This document shows positions 10,700 to 23,799 of a DNA stretch of 64,000 nucleotides, one piece after another (the stretch's first letter is position 1; each line of letters starts with the position of its first letter). Origin of the DNA: Mobula hypostoma. Lineage: Eukaryota. The notes under the pieces were generated by a model. That model did no database searches and was not told the origin of the DNA. It saw only the letters and a list, made by a program, of their open reading frames with translations. Position numbers and translations under genes: made by a program. The stretch spans positions 21,700,001 through 21,764,000 of the forward strand of contig NC_086106.1 in the NCBI RefSeq assembly GCF_963921235.1, written 5' to 3'.

Positions 10700-11060
10700 C
10701 TTCTAGCGTAATCTCAACCAGCTGGAACTTCATGCTGACAGGTGTGAGGTGCTACACTTTAGGAGATCGAATCGGGGAGATTGTATGCTGCAAACGGCAG
10801 GACATTGCTGAGTGCGGTAAAACAATGGGATACTGGAATACAGATCGATAATCTAGTGAAAGTGGTATCACAGGTAGATTGGATCGTAAAGAATTGCTTT
10901 GACACATCTGCCTTCATAGATCAAAGTCTTCAGTGCATGTGTTTTGATGTTAAGCTGAAGTGGTATAAGGTGTTGGTGAGGCCTAATTTTGAGTGTAGTA
11001 CGCATTATCTTCACTTGCCAAGGGAACAGAAAACAGAATTGAAAGACAATAGAGAAAGCT
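10700..11060 (+). mobile_element. Old CR1 RT fragment
   Basis: Degenerate RT thumb region (KVVSQVDWIVK...KWYKVLVRPNFECS). Confidence 0.7.
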
Positions 11061-11299
11061 AAAGAAATGTTGGCTGTACTAGAAGACCCGAACAATTAAT
11101 AACGTTTTTTGAATAGGTATGTATTACCAAGTACAGAGTACTTGGTTGAGTTTTCGGAGACATATGCACATTCATTAGGGCTACAGATGGAGTAAATATA
11201 AGCAGGTGGTTTTCTGTGTGTTTGGGTAACACTTCAACCGAAAATCTTTGGTTAATGGTGAAAGATAAAATTCTCAAGGTTTACAAGAGGGGTAACATG

Positions 11300-11530
11300 C
11301 AGTAGCACGGCGGATTAGTGGTTATCACTACGCTTGCAGTAACAACGAGCGTGTTACAATTCCTACCACGAAAGGTTACCCTCCCACTGTGAAAGGATAC
11401 CGCTTAGGAAGTTAATTGGTCAAAGGAAATAGTCCAGTGTTCAGTTTATGTTAACATGCGGTTTGCTTGGCGTTACCTCTCGAAATGCCGAAGTACGATG
11501 TTACGTACTGTATCTCAATGACTCAATAAG
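11300..11530 (+). mobile_element. Degenerate V-SINE
   Basis: Head GTAGCACGGCGGATTAGTGGTTATCACTACGC, internal GTTAATTGGTCA and a CTGTATCTCAAT tail. Confidence 0.5.
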
Positions 11531-11766
11531 TAAAGAAATATATTTGACCCGTATCTAATGAAATAGGTTTTAGATCTCTGAAACTTTAATTGCGGATTAA
11601 TCACCCATTTAATAATGTCAGAGAGGCTATTTATACGTTCTGAATGTATCTGTGGTTCAAAATTCGGTATAGACACATATTACGAGGGAATTCTTGGGCC
11701 AGGTCAAATCTCATCCGGACCATACTGTAAAGGTAAAGAAGATGAACAGTAAGTTAAGGAAAAAAG

Positions 11767-12480
11767 CCTGCACCTAGCTCCGTTCCAGTCACTTGCCTCC
11801 GCCGGGTACGTCAGGCCGTCTTCCCGTTACGCTGCGGTTGGTTTTGTCCCTTCATGTCCCTTGCCCGCGTTGGGGGAAGTTGCGCGCTCTGCCGAGTAGT
11901 ATCGAGCCCTGCCCAGGAGGATCTTCGAGACCCCACGCCTCGAGCCTCGCTACAAGTCGGGTTTCAAGGCCCCAAGCCTTGAGCCTTGTCCCAAGCCAAG
12001 CTCCAAGACCCCAAGCCCGGAGCCTCGCGCCAAGCCAAGCTTCAATACTCCAAGCCTCGAGCCTCTAGTTTCAAGCCTCGCCTCAAATCTCTAGTCTCAA
12101 GCATCTGGTCTCAATCCTCGCGGCAAGACTCTATTCTCAAGCATCGCCTCAAGTCTACGGTCCCCAGCCTCGCTTCACGTCTCTGGTCCCCAGTCTCTCC
12201 TCAAATCTCCGGTCTCCAACTTCGTCCTGCCTGCCAGCCATGTCACGTCTTAGCCTAGTTCTGGGGTCCGAACCAGAGGCAAGACCCAGGTTCTTGGTTC
12301 TTGTCCATGCTGTGGCTCGGAGTCCAAGCCCGGGCTCCTAGCTCTCTTGTCCAGTCCTGTTCCGTGTTCCCGGTTTTCGTGTCCATGTCCTAGCCCTCAC
12401 CCTGTACCTTAGCCCCGTCCCTAGTACTTCAGTGTCTGCGTCTTGCACTTGGGTCCGGTCCCAGCCACCTAACTATGACA
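11767..12480 (+). mobile_element. 5'-truncated solo-LTR-like element with internal minisatellite (same family as 26847 and 39690)
   Basis: Shares CTTGCACTTGGGTCCG...CCCAGCCAC...TGACA 3' end and CAAGCCTCG-rich repeats with the other two copies. Confidence 0.65.
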
Positions 12481-13184
12481 ATGCAATTAGCAAATATATA
12501 TATTTTTTTCTGCTAGACACAGCACGGATAATGGAGGAAACAAGCAATGACATATTAATAATCTTCGAAAAAAATGAGACATTCAAAAAAAAATAATAAC
12601 ATGAATGACTATGAGGATATGCTGGAGTCTGATAACAGTCGACAGGGATGGCAAACTGAATGAGTGATAATGTGTCTTCAGACATGCAAAAACAAAGCCC
12701 AAAGTGCTATGCATTTTTTTAGTTTTCGATCAGGAACTAAAACGTGATTTTTTTTTTGAAAATTATAAATAGCAATTTGCAGCGGGAAAATGACATGTCG
12801 GCTTAAAAGAGGGCAAGATGTTAGCGTCGGAACGCCAGATGTTGATCTTGTGGAATGTCCAAGTGTCTGATTGCTTTTAAGTACTTGGAGGGGTACTATC
12901 TCGGATTTCAATCGACATGATCCTGGAAACCGGATATATTTTATTTCAGTAATGACCCGATAAATGTGAACGGTCTTTGAGCCCGTGGAATATCTCCCTT
13001 TCGAAATTCCTCTGGGTTGTTTTTTAAACTACTCTCGTTTTGTACCACCTCAGAATCTAAAGAATAAACGCAGCTTGTTCTAATGTTTCAAAGTAGTTTG
13101 TTGATCTCTTTCTCGATAGAAATCAAAAAAGGCTGAATATTGAAAGCTGGATAGATAGATAGGTAGTAAGGTAGACAGTTAGAT

Positions 13185-14968
13185 GGAACATAGAACATCG
13201 AATCGAACAGCACATTACAGACCCTTCGGCCCACAATGCTGTGCCGACCCTCAAAACCTTCCTCTCATATAATCCACACCTGAAATTACTCCATACGTCT
13301 GTTTAGTAGTCTCTTAAACTTCACTAGTGTATCTGCCTCCAGCACTGACCCAGGCAGTGTATTCCACGCACCAACCACTTTCCGACTAAAAGAAGGTTCC
13401 TCTGATATCCCCCTTGAACTTCCCACTCCTTACCGTAAAGCCATGTCCCCTAGTATTGAACAGTGGTTCCCTGGGGAAGAGGCGCAGGCTGTCCACTCTA
13501 TCTATTCCTCTTAATATATTTTACAACTCTATCATGTCTCCTCTGATCCACCTTCTCTCCAAAGAGTAAGCCCTAGCTCCTTTAATCTCTGATCATAATC
13601 CATACTCTCTAAACCAGGCAGCATTCTGGTAAATCTGCAATGTACCATTTCCAATGCTTGCACATCATTCCTATAGTGAGGCGACCAGAACTAGATACAG
13701 TACTCCAAGTGTAGCCGAACCACAGTTTTATAGATCTGCATCATTACATCGCGACTCGTAAACTCTATCCCTCGACTTATGAAAGCTAACGCCCCATAAG
13801 CTTTCTTATCTACCCTATGTACCTGTGAGGTACATTTCAGGGATCTGTGGACACGTACCCCCGGATCCCTCTGCTCCTTCACACTACCAAATATCCAGCC
13901 ATGTACTATGTACTCTGCCTTTGAGTTTGTCCTTCCGAAGTGTACAACATCACACATCCCCGGGTTGAACTCCATCTGCCACTTCTCGGCCCACTTCTGC
14001 ATCATATCAATGTCTCTCTTCAATCTTCGACAATCATCAGCACTAACTAAAACACCACCAACATTTGTGGCGTCTGCAAACTTGTCCACCCACCCTTCTA
14101 CCCCCACATCCAGGTCGTTAGTAAAAAAAAAACGCGAAAAGTAGAGGTCCCAGAACAGATGCTTGTGGGACACCACTAGTCACAACCCTGTAATCCGAAT
14201 GTACTCCCTCCACCACGACCATCAGCTCCGATATGCAAGACAAATCTGAATCCAGCTGGGCAAACTTCTCTGGATCCCATGTTCCCTGACTTTCTGAATA
14301 AGCGTACCGCGTGGAACCTTGTCAAATGCCTTAGTAAAATCCATATAGATCACATCCACTGCACTACCCTCATCTAATGCTGGTCAGCTCCTCAAAGAAC
14401 TCTATCAGGCTTCTTAGACACGATCTGCCCTTCACAAAACCATGCTGACTGTCCCTGATCGGATCATGGTTCTCTACATGTCCATAGATCCTATCTCTAA
14501 GAATCCTTTCCAACAGATTCCCACCACAGACGTAAGGCTCACTGTTCTATAATTACCCGGACTATCCGTACTACATGTTTTTGAACAAGGGGACAACATT
14601 CGCCTCCCTCCAATCCTCCGGTACCATTCCAATGAACAACGAGGACATAAAGTTCCTAGTCAGCGGCTCAGCAATCTCTTCTCTCACCTCATGGAGCAGC
14701 CTGGGGAATATTCCATCAGGCCCTGGGAACTTATCCGTCCTAAGGTATTTTATCAACTCCAACACCTCATCTCACTAAATATCAACATACTCCAGTGCAT
14801 CAATCTCACTCATATTGTCCTCGCCGTCATTAAGTTTCCTCTCATTGGTGAATTTCAAAGAGAAGTATTCATTGAGGACCTCGCTCACTTCCATAGCCTG
14901 CAGGCACATTTTCCCACCTTTATCTCTAATCGGTCCTACCTTCACTCCTGTCAGCCTCTTGATCTTCG
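13185..14968 (-). mobile_element. CR1 LINE, 5'-truncated, RT pseudogene
   Basis: ORF remnants VDKFADATNVGG...KWAEKWQMEFNPGMC and DKFPGPDGIFPRLL...WREANVVPLFK, with a (TTCTATG)-type tail at the low end. Confidence 0.9.
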
Positions 14969-15039
14969 ATAGATAGATAGGGAAACGGATAGATAGTTAA
15001 AACCTCGTCACTTAAGAGGCTGTATGGTGGGAACTGCAA

Positions 15040-15220
15040 GACTAAGATAGGGTTCCAATTGTAACGTTAAAGAGAACTTTGGATAGGTCGATGGATGGCA
15101 GGAGTGTGGATGCTATTGTCTCAATATAGATCGTTGGTGCTAAGCAGGGTAAAATTGTTCAGCAATGAATTGATGGACCGTTGGGCCTGTTTCTCTGCTA
15201 TAATCGGCTATGACTCAAAA
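15040..15220 (+). mobile_element. Old CR1 3' end fragment
   Basis: Degenerate GGATAGGTCGATGGATGG...GGGCCTGTTTCTCTGCT 3' UTR. Confidence 0.5.
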
Positions 15221-15599
15221 AACATACTTGCAACGAAATTTCATTGAGAAATTGTTTCATTGTAAACGCTCACCATTCTTTAAAAAACAAGGTGTTCACT
15301 TCATTGAGAGGAACAAGTCCGAAAATGAATATTTCTTGACATAAACTCTAATCGGTGTCAATTGCTTTGAAGTTTCCCTCAAACAATTGTCAGGAATGTA
15401 TGAGTCATCTACATGATGAATATATGCAGCAGATATCTCAGGCATGTTAAGCCGAGGTATATATTTTCGCAGTGCAGCTGAAAGATAAAGGATATAGTCA
15501 TACAACGGCAAACTAAAATCACTGTGCATGTAGTTCTAACGGGATCACGAGTGTGGATAAAGCGAGATAACTGAACAGTCTCCAAATGTAACTTCCAAA

Positions 15600-16285
15600 T
15601 CTTTATAATCCATAAGGCAAGGCCCTAAGGCAAAGGCGCAGAATTCGGCCATTCGGCCCATCGAGTCTGCTCCGCAATTTTATCATGAGCTTCTCCAGTC
15701 TCCCATTTACTGCCACTCTCCCGCCTTCTCCACATAACCTTTGATGCCCTGGCTTCTTAGATACCTGCAATCTCTGCCCTAAGTGCACCCAATAACTTGG
15801 CCTCTACTGCCGCCCGTGGCAACGAATTCCATAGATTCACCACCCTCTGGCTATAAAAAAAAATCTTCGCATCTCTGTTCTGAAAGTGCGCCCTTCAATC
15901 CTTAAGTCATGCCCTCTCGTACTAGACTCCCCCACCATGGGAAACAATTTTGCCACATCCACTCTGTCCATGCCTTTCAACATTCGAAATGTTTATATGA
16001 GGTACCCCTTCATTCTTCTAAACGTCAAGGAATACTGTCCACAGCGGACAAACGTTCCCCATATGTTAACCCTTTTATTACATGAATTATTCTGGTTAAT
16101 CTTCTCTGAGCCCTCTCCAAGGTCAGCATTCTTTTTTTTTTAATAAGGAGACTATAACTGCCCACAGTACTCCAAGTAAGGTCTTATTAGCGTCTTATAG
16201 AGCCTTAGCATCTCATCGTTGCTTATATACTCGATTCCTCTAGAAATGAAATCCAACATCGCATTCGCCTTTTTCACCATCGACT
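15600..16285 (-). mobile_element. CR1 LINE 3' fragment
   Basis: Reverse-complement 3' UTR (GGCCATTCGGCCCATCGAGTCTGCTCCGC) followed by RT C-terminal sequence. Confidence 0.85.
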
Positions 16286-16289
16286 CAAA

Positions 16290-19200
16290 CTGCTACGTGT
16301 CAGTGAGGGTAGGAATAGGGTGCTCTGGAGGATGAACAAGTGGCTGAAGATCTGGTGTAGGGGGCAGGGTTAAGATTTCAGGATAATTGGGACCTCTTCG
16401 GGGGCAGGTGAGACCTGTACAAGAGAGACTGGTTACACTTGAACTACAGGGGGACTAATATCCTTTCAGGGAGGTTTGTTACTGCTATTGGGGAGGCTTT
16501 AAACTAGATTTGCAGGGGGATGGGAACCAGAGTCCCAGATCTGACAGTGTGGCTGGGGTGAAAATAGGTGATGTTAAAAGTTCAAGCAAATCCGCTAATA
16601 GAAAGGTTGTGAATGGTGGTAAAAATCTTCTGAGGTGTATATATTTCAATGCTAGGAATATTGCGGGGAAGGCGGATGAGTTGAGGGCGTGGATTGACAC
16701 GTGGAATTATAACGTTATAGTCAACAGTGAAACTTGGCTACAGGAGGGGCAGGACTGGCAGCTCAATATTCCAGGGTTCCGATGTTTCAGATGTGATCGA
16801 GGCAGAGGTGCAGGTGTAGCATTGCTTGTTAGGGAAAATATTACAGCAGTGCTCAGGCAGGACAGATTAGAGGGCTTGTCTACTGAGTCCTTATGGGTGG
16901 AGCTGAGAAAGAGGAAATGTATGGCCACATTAGTGGGATAGTATTACAGATCACTCAATAGTCAACGAGAATTGGAAGAGAAAATCTGCAGAATGATAGC
17001 AGGCAACTGCAGGATACATAAGTTGTGGTGGTAGAGGCTTTTAATTTTCCATATATTGATTGGGACTACCATACTGTTAGGGGTGTAGATAGTTTAGAGT
17101 TTGTAAAATCTGTTCAGGAAAGATTTCTAAATCAATGTATAGAGGGACCAACTAGAGGGGATGCAATATTGGATCTGCTGTTAGGAAACGAGTTAGGATA
17201 AGTGACAGAAGTCTGTCTAGGGGAGCACTCTGTTTCCAGTGATCATAGCACCATTAGTTTTAACTTGATCATGGTCAAGGATAGATCTGGTCCTCTGGTT
17301 GAGCTTCTTAACTGGAAGAAGGTCAAATTTGAAGAATTGAGAAATGATCTAAAAAGCGTGGATTGGACCAGGTTGTTCTCTGGCAAGGATGTGATCGGTA
17401 GGTGGGAAGCCTTCAAAGGAGACATTTTGAGAATGCATAATTTGTATGTTCCTCTCAGGATTAAAGACAAAATGAATAGGAATAAGGAACCTTGGTCCTC
17501 AAGGGATATTGCAACTCTGATAAAAAAGAAGAGGGAGTTGTATGACATGTATAGGAAGCAGGGAGTAAATAAGGTGCTTGAGGAGTATAAGAAGTGCAAG
17601 AAAATACTTAAGAAATAAATCGGGAGCTCTAAAAGAAGACATGAGGTTGCCTTGGCAGTCAAAGTTAAGGAAACTCCAAGGAGCTTTTACTGGTATATTA
17701 AGAGCAAAAGGATTGTAAGGAATAAAATTGGTCCTCTTGAAGTTCAAAGAGGCCGGCTATGTGCGGAAACATAGGAAATTGGGGAGATCTTAAATAGATT
17801 TTTTTACGTCTGCATTTACTAAGGAAACTGGCATGAAGTCTATGGAATTAAGGGAAACAGTAGTGAGATCATGGAATCTGTACAGATCGAAAAGGAGGAG
17901 GTCCTTGCTGTCTTGAGGAAAATTAAAGTGGCTAAATCCTCGAGACCTGACAGGGTGTTCTCTCGGACCTTGAAGTAGACTGGTGTTGAAATTGCAGGGG
18001 CCCTGGCAGATATATTTAAAACGTGGCTGTCTACAGGTGGGGTACCGGAGGATTGGAGAGTGGCTCATGTTGTTCCGTTGTTTAAACAAAAGATCGAAAA
18101 GTAATCCGGGAAATTATAGGCCAGTAAGTTTAACGTCGGTAGTAGGTAAATTATTAGAGGGAGTACTAAGAGACAGAATCTACAAGCGTTTAGATAGACA
18201 GGGACTTACTAGGGAGAGTCAACATGGCTTTGTGTGTGGTAGGTCATGTTTGACCAAACTATTGGAGTGTTTCGAGAAGGTTACCAGGAAAGTGGATGAA
18301 GGGAAGGCAGTGGCTATTATCTACATGGACTTCAGTAAGGCCTTTCACAAGGTCCCGAATGGGAGGTTAGTTAGGAAAATTCAGTCGCTAGGTATACATG
18401 GAGACGTAGTAAATTGGATTAGACTTTGGTTCGATGGAAGAATCCAAAGAGTGGTAGTAGAGAACTGCTTCTCCGAGTGGAGGCCTGTAGCTAGTGGTGT
18501 GCCACAGGGATCAGTGCTGTGTCCATTGTTATTTGTCATCTATATCAATGATCTGCATGATAATATGGTAAATTGGATCAGCAAATTTGCTGATGATACA
18601 AAGATTGGAGGTGTAGTAGACAGTGAGGAAGGTTTTCAGAGCCTGCAGAGGGACTTGGACCAGCTGGAAAAATGGGCTGAAAAATGGCAGATGGAGTTTA
18701 ATACAGACAAGTGTGAGGTATTGCCCGTTGGAAGGACAAACCAAGGTAGAACATACAAGGTTAATGGTAAGGCGCTGAGGAGTGCAGTGGAACAGAGGGA
18801 TCTGGGAATACAGATACAAAATTCCCTAAAAGTAGCGTCACAGGTAGATAAGGTCGTAAAGAGAGATTTTGGTAAGTTGGCCTTTATTAATCAAAGTATT
18901 GAGTATAAGAGCTGGAATGTTATGATGAGGTTGTATAAGGCATTGGTGACGCCGAATCTGGAGTATTGTGTTCAGTTTTGGTCACCAAATTACAGGAAGG
19001 ATATAAAGAAGAGTGAAAGAGTGCACAGAAGGTTTACAAGGATGTTGCCGGGACTTGAGAAACTCAGTTACAGAGAAAGGTTGAATAGGTTAGGACTTCA
19101 TTGATTGGAGCGTAGCAGAATGGGGGGAGATTTGAAAGAGGTATATAAAATTGTAATGGGTATAGATAGAGTGAATGCAAGCAGGCTTTTTCCACTGAGG

Positions 19201-19495
19201 CAACGGGGGAAAAAAAGGACATGGGTTAAGGGTGAGGTGGAAAAAGTTTAAAGGGAACATTGGTGGGCAGGCTTCTTCACACAGAGGGTGGTGGGAGTAT
19301 GGAATGGGCTGCCAGACGAGGTGGTAAATGTGCGTTCTTTTTTTAATAGTTATGAATAAATTGGACAGATACATGGATGGGAGGTGTATGGAGGGATATG
19401 CTCCGTGTGCTGGTCAGTGGCACAGCCAAGAAGGGCCAAAAGGTCTGTTACTGTGCTGTACTTTCTATGGTTTCTATGGTTTCTATATTGTGTGA
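16290..19495 (+). mobile_element. Large CR1 LINE: ORF1 C-terminus, APE endonuclease and RT (frameshifted)
   Basis: ORF1 end ...LYKRDWLHLNYRGTNIL...ALN* (SGNH/esterase-like), LRCIYFNARNI...SETWLQ (APE), RT 17983-19104 (YRPVSLTS...GVPQGSVL...FADDTK), and a (TTTCTATGG)n tail. Confidence 0.95.
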
Positions 19496-22217
19496 ATAGG
19501 AGCCGTTGGCGAGCGTAACCTTTGTGTGAAATTTGATCAGACCGGTATTTCCACGTACAAGAACAGGTGAAAATGCGGCGGTGGCAGTATGCAAGGAATT
19601 AACCATGTTCATGAACAATTGTACCGCCCACATTTATAACAACAGAAAACATAAAACAACAACAAAGATGTATTTACTGAACAGAACACCCAAATCACTT
19701 GCGAATTAACAGTGATAAAATGAGTAAGAGCGTTACAAACATTATAGTGCAGTTGGTTCAGGAACGTTAGCTAGTTATCCAGGAAGAAAGTGGGTATTCG
19801 GATCTCTGTTGAACTAAGAGATAGACCATGAAGTGACCCTTACTGTGCCGTTAGTCTGTCATTTCAAAAATGTATAATCCATTAAATAAGAACAAAGTCG
19901 ACATTTTTTTAAAGGGCCTATCGTGAATGTTCTTAACGCGTGTTTGCAATTAAGTGTATTCAAGTAGATATGCATTACAATAATGAAGAGGATGGTGACT
20001 AATAAAGCAGGATATTTTAGTACACATGTTGACAATAACACAGAATGCATCGAGCAGTGATAAGTGTAATATCATTGCGAATTCAGAGTTCTACGATGAT
20101 GCAATATGAAAACAGTGCTTCCGTCAAACGCCTCTTTGTCAACTGAAATGCCCCATTAATCTGTCACATTTGTTTGTCTTTAGCGATGTGTCTTCAGCTT
20201 ATTTTCTATCTATGTGCCTGTCAAATATTTGTTGTTGCGTTTGCATCGCCCACATCCTGTTGCATTACATGCCATATGCAAACCATATTCCCGTTGAAAT
20301 ATTTCCCCCCTCCACTCAATTGCTATACGACCCCTCTTATTTAACCAGGTGCACTTTTTTTTTCATTCTCTTGACCTGAAAGGGTTTAAGTGCTCATTAA
20401 TATATTTGAATCACTTATTGTTTTATACACCTGTTTATGAAGTCACTCTATTTCGTAGGCTCCAATCAATATGCTTCTCTATCTCGAACACGTTTCTGCC
20501 TCTTCGGTCGACGAACCTCTGGACAAATATGAGATAAATTACCTTCTTGGCACCTTTTCAGATCGGCGTCTTTTTACTAACAGGCTAACTAAGCGTTGAA
20601 GGAATACACCCCATAGCGTCTAGGACAACTACAACAAATTGTGCCAAGTCTTGTTATCAGTCCTCTGAGTTATAATGTCCAGAGTGCCATCAGCATTCTT
20701 ATTCAAACTGTCAACCTATGACACTTTTTTAGCGGACGGAGTACGTCCAATCCGTGTATTCAGTTAATCATTGAAACAGCCCCAATGCTCATTGTAGAAG
20801 ACCGACATTGATTTAAATGCACTAAATGCAAATTATCGATCTGGACAGTCCGCCTTTTGCAACATCACTAATCACGATATCACATATTAATATTATCTGC
20901 AAAGTCTCCAATCTTGAACCTACAAACCGCAAACAAATACACAAATGTTTTTGATACACTTCTAGTTTCATGGCACTAGACTGAAAGTGGCCGATTATTT
21001 ACCATCTCCTTTTTTCTGCTATCAGTCCATAGACTTTAGAGTTAACCAACTCCATATGAGTCACACCCAATCTAATTTTCCAGACTGTAATTTCAGGCAA
21101 AATTTTGAAGAACATCTTCTGGAAATACATCCGGAATATTTCTACCGTCCTGCTCTCATCTGTACCATTCGCAGCCTCTTCAACCAAATGTAATTGGCTT
21201 TATAGTGACATTTGCGCCGTCGTAAAATAATTAAAATGGTACTAATGACTTCCTTTGCGTTCCATAACAGCTCTAATGTTTGAAGGATTGTAAGGAGATA
21301 GCAGGTGTGGTTACTTCTTGGGGCAAAATCTCCAGCTGCGGCATCACTGATGCTGGTGCCATGCGAACTGTATGTAATTGCCATTTCTAATGCAATGCCA
21401 GTGAAGGTTTACTTATATTTAGCTGAGTACAATGTGAAAAAGAAACAGTGTCTGTAGAACTGCAACAGTATTCATGTAATCAACTATAGAATACAATCTG
21501 CTATCCCGTGATATGAACATTGTGCGTTCTCTTTAATTTTATTGCCTTCTTCAATTTCATGGTGCGCTATGATGCAAACGTACACAAAGAACAAAGTTAA
21601 AAGTACATTCTGTAATCAAAATATGCATATTACACCATTTACAATACTAAGGAATATTCCATGCGGGCATCCATGGTAATTACAAACAGAAAGACGTAAT
21701 CAGAATTTACACAGTAAAAATAGGCAATACACATTGAGACGAAGAGAAGGGGAATCCTTGATATTTGATCCAATTTAGCTTTGGGTTTAATAACGTTCAC
21801 TGTAATCATCCCGTTTGAAACGAGAGTCTCATAGTCGTGTGTAAACGCTGCTATTTAACGTGATGGTCTGAGTTCGAATTCTTTTGTTCCTCCCTCCTGA
21901 TCACTGGAGCGTCAAGAAGCGTGCCCTGGATAATGGGGTCGCTTGATGATGGATGCCACTTTCCTGCGAAAGCATTCATGGCAGCAACACCGTTCATACA
22001 ACCATTTCGACATTCGGTATTATATCTAGATCTCTATTATAATCGATAGATTGTTATATCACGGACAGGGCTATAACACTCTATTACTGATTCACGCTTG
22101 TGTTTACAGCAATGCATGGTGTTTGTTTTATGCGTTTGTAATTCAAAACAAGATTTTGTTGAATGACGCTGGCCACTCGACTGCCACTGTGTAAGTGTAC
22201 AGATTCAGTTAAACTGC

Positions 22218-23760
22218 AACACACATAAAATGCTGCTGGAACGCAGCAGGCCAGATAGCATCTAGAGGAAGAAGTATAGTCGATGTTTCGGGCCGAGACC
22301 CATGTCAGGTCTGCCTGAAAGAAGAGATAGTACGAAATTTGAAAGTAGGAGGGGGAGCGGGCGATCCGAAATGATACGAGAGGACAGGAGAGGAGAAGAA
22401 AGAGGTTTAGGCTAGAAAGATGATTGGCAAAACGGATAGAGCCTTGGAAAAGGGGGAAGATAATGGGACGAGGCCTATGGAGAAAGAAAGGGGAAGGAGA
22501 GCCAAGAGGAAGATGGACAGCAGGCAAGGAGTGATTGTGAGAGATACAGAGAGAGAAGAAAAAGAAGAGGGTGATAGAAATAAATAAGGGATTCGGTAAG
22601 AAGGGGATGAAGGGCATTAACGGAAGTTAGAGAAATCAATGTTCATATCACCAGTTCGGAATCTACCCAGACGGAATATAAGGTGTTTTTTTCTCCAACC
22701 TGAGCTTGGCTTCTTCTTGACAGAGCAGAATGGGAATGGGTGTTGCAATTAAAATGGGTGGCGAATGGGAAATTCTGCTTTTCTGGCGGACAGAGTGTAG
22801 GTGTTCAGCGAAACCGTCTCCCAGTCTGCGTCATGTCTCACCAATACGTAGGAGGCAACAGCGGGAGGACCGGACGCAGGGTATCACACCAGCCGGCTAA
22901 TAGGTGAAGTGTGGGTTCACCTGGATGGATTGACTAGGGCCCTGAATGGTAGTGAGGGAGGAAGTGTAAGGACAGGTGTATCACCTGTTCCGCTTATAAG
23001 TATAAGAGCCGGGAGAGAGATCGGTTGGAAGGGATGTTGGTAACGAATGGACAAGGGAGTCGCTGACGGAGCGATCCCTGCGGAAATCAGAAAGAGGGGT
23101 GGATTTAATCTTGAGACTAGAGGAGGCCACTCACAATCACTCCTTGCCTGTTTTTGTCCCTCTCACAATCACTCCGTGATTGCTTTCCATTTCCCTCTGG
23201 GCTCTCCTGTCCCTTCTTTCTCCTTAGGCCGCCTGTCCCATGATCCTCCGCCTTCTCGAACTCTGTATCACTTTTGCCCTTCTCCGTGGATTGTCACCTT
23301 GTCGCTGCGGAGAGTCTTGTGTTGTCCTGAGTTCCCGAGAGCGATGCCGTCTAGAGCTACGCAACTGGTAGTGTCACCCATGGCGTTAAGTTCGAGGGTG
23401 AGATCCCTGACAAAGAACAATCCAAACAAGACCTCAACGGTGGAACAGACGGACGAAGTTACTTCGAACTCAACAGCTGAGAAGGCGGATGAAGGCTGCC
23501 ACAAATCTATCAGCTCCAATCGTGGTGGTTTCAATCCCATTAGAATCAGTTGGTTGATTTGTGAAGAAACGCGTGTTTCTTGCAGTGCAACATCATGTAC
23601 ACGCTAAAGAAATAAACGCACAGGCGTCTTCGCTCTGTTATCCACTTCTTCAAATCTTTCGGCGATCGAAGAACGGCGACGGGAGCAGGCAATATGATGT
23701 CTGGAATCTCCTCGTCAAGAACCGGCACGAAAGCGGTGATTACTTGTTTCAGTAGCTCAA
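22218..23760 (-). mobile_element. Penelope-like element (RT remnant, C-terminal GIY-YIG, 3' end)
   Basis: Minus strand gives VIPCVRSSRCCLLRIGET*RRLGDGFAEH (GIY-YIG) near 22800-22900, RT remnants at 23200-23700, and the terminal GGTCTCGGCCCGAAACATCGAC...CCTGCTGCGTTCCAGCAGC motif. Confidence 0.8.
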
Positions 23761-23799
23761 CTTTTGCACAAAAGCAGGGAAGTTGTTCGGCGGCCGTTT

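Noticed and set aside
3671-20580. Shared about 18-bp sequence TCAGATCGGC(A/G)TCTT(C/T)TT at about 3671 and 20559
   Set aside because: Similarity does not extend, and about one such match is expected by chance in a window this size.
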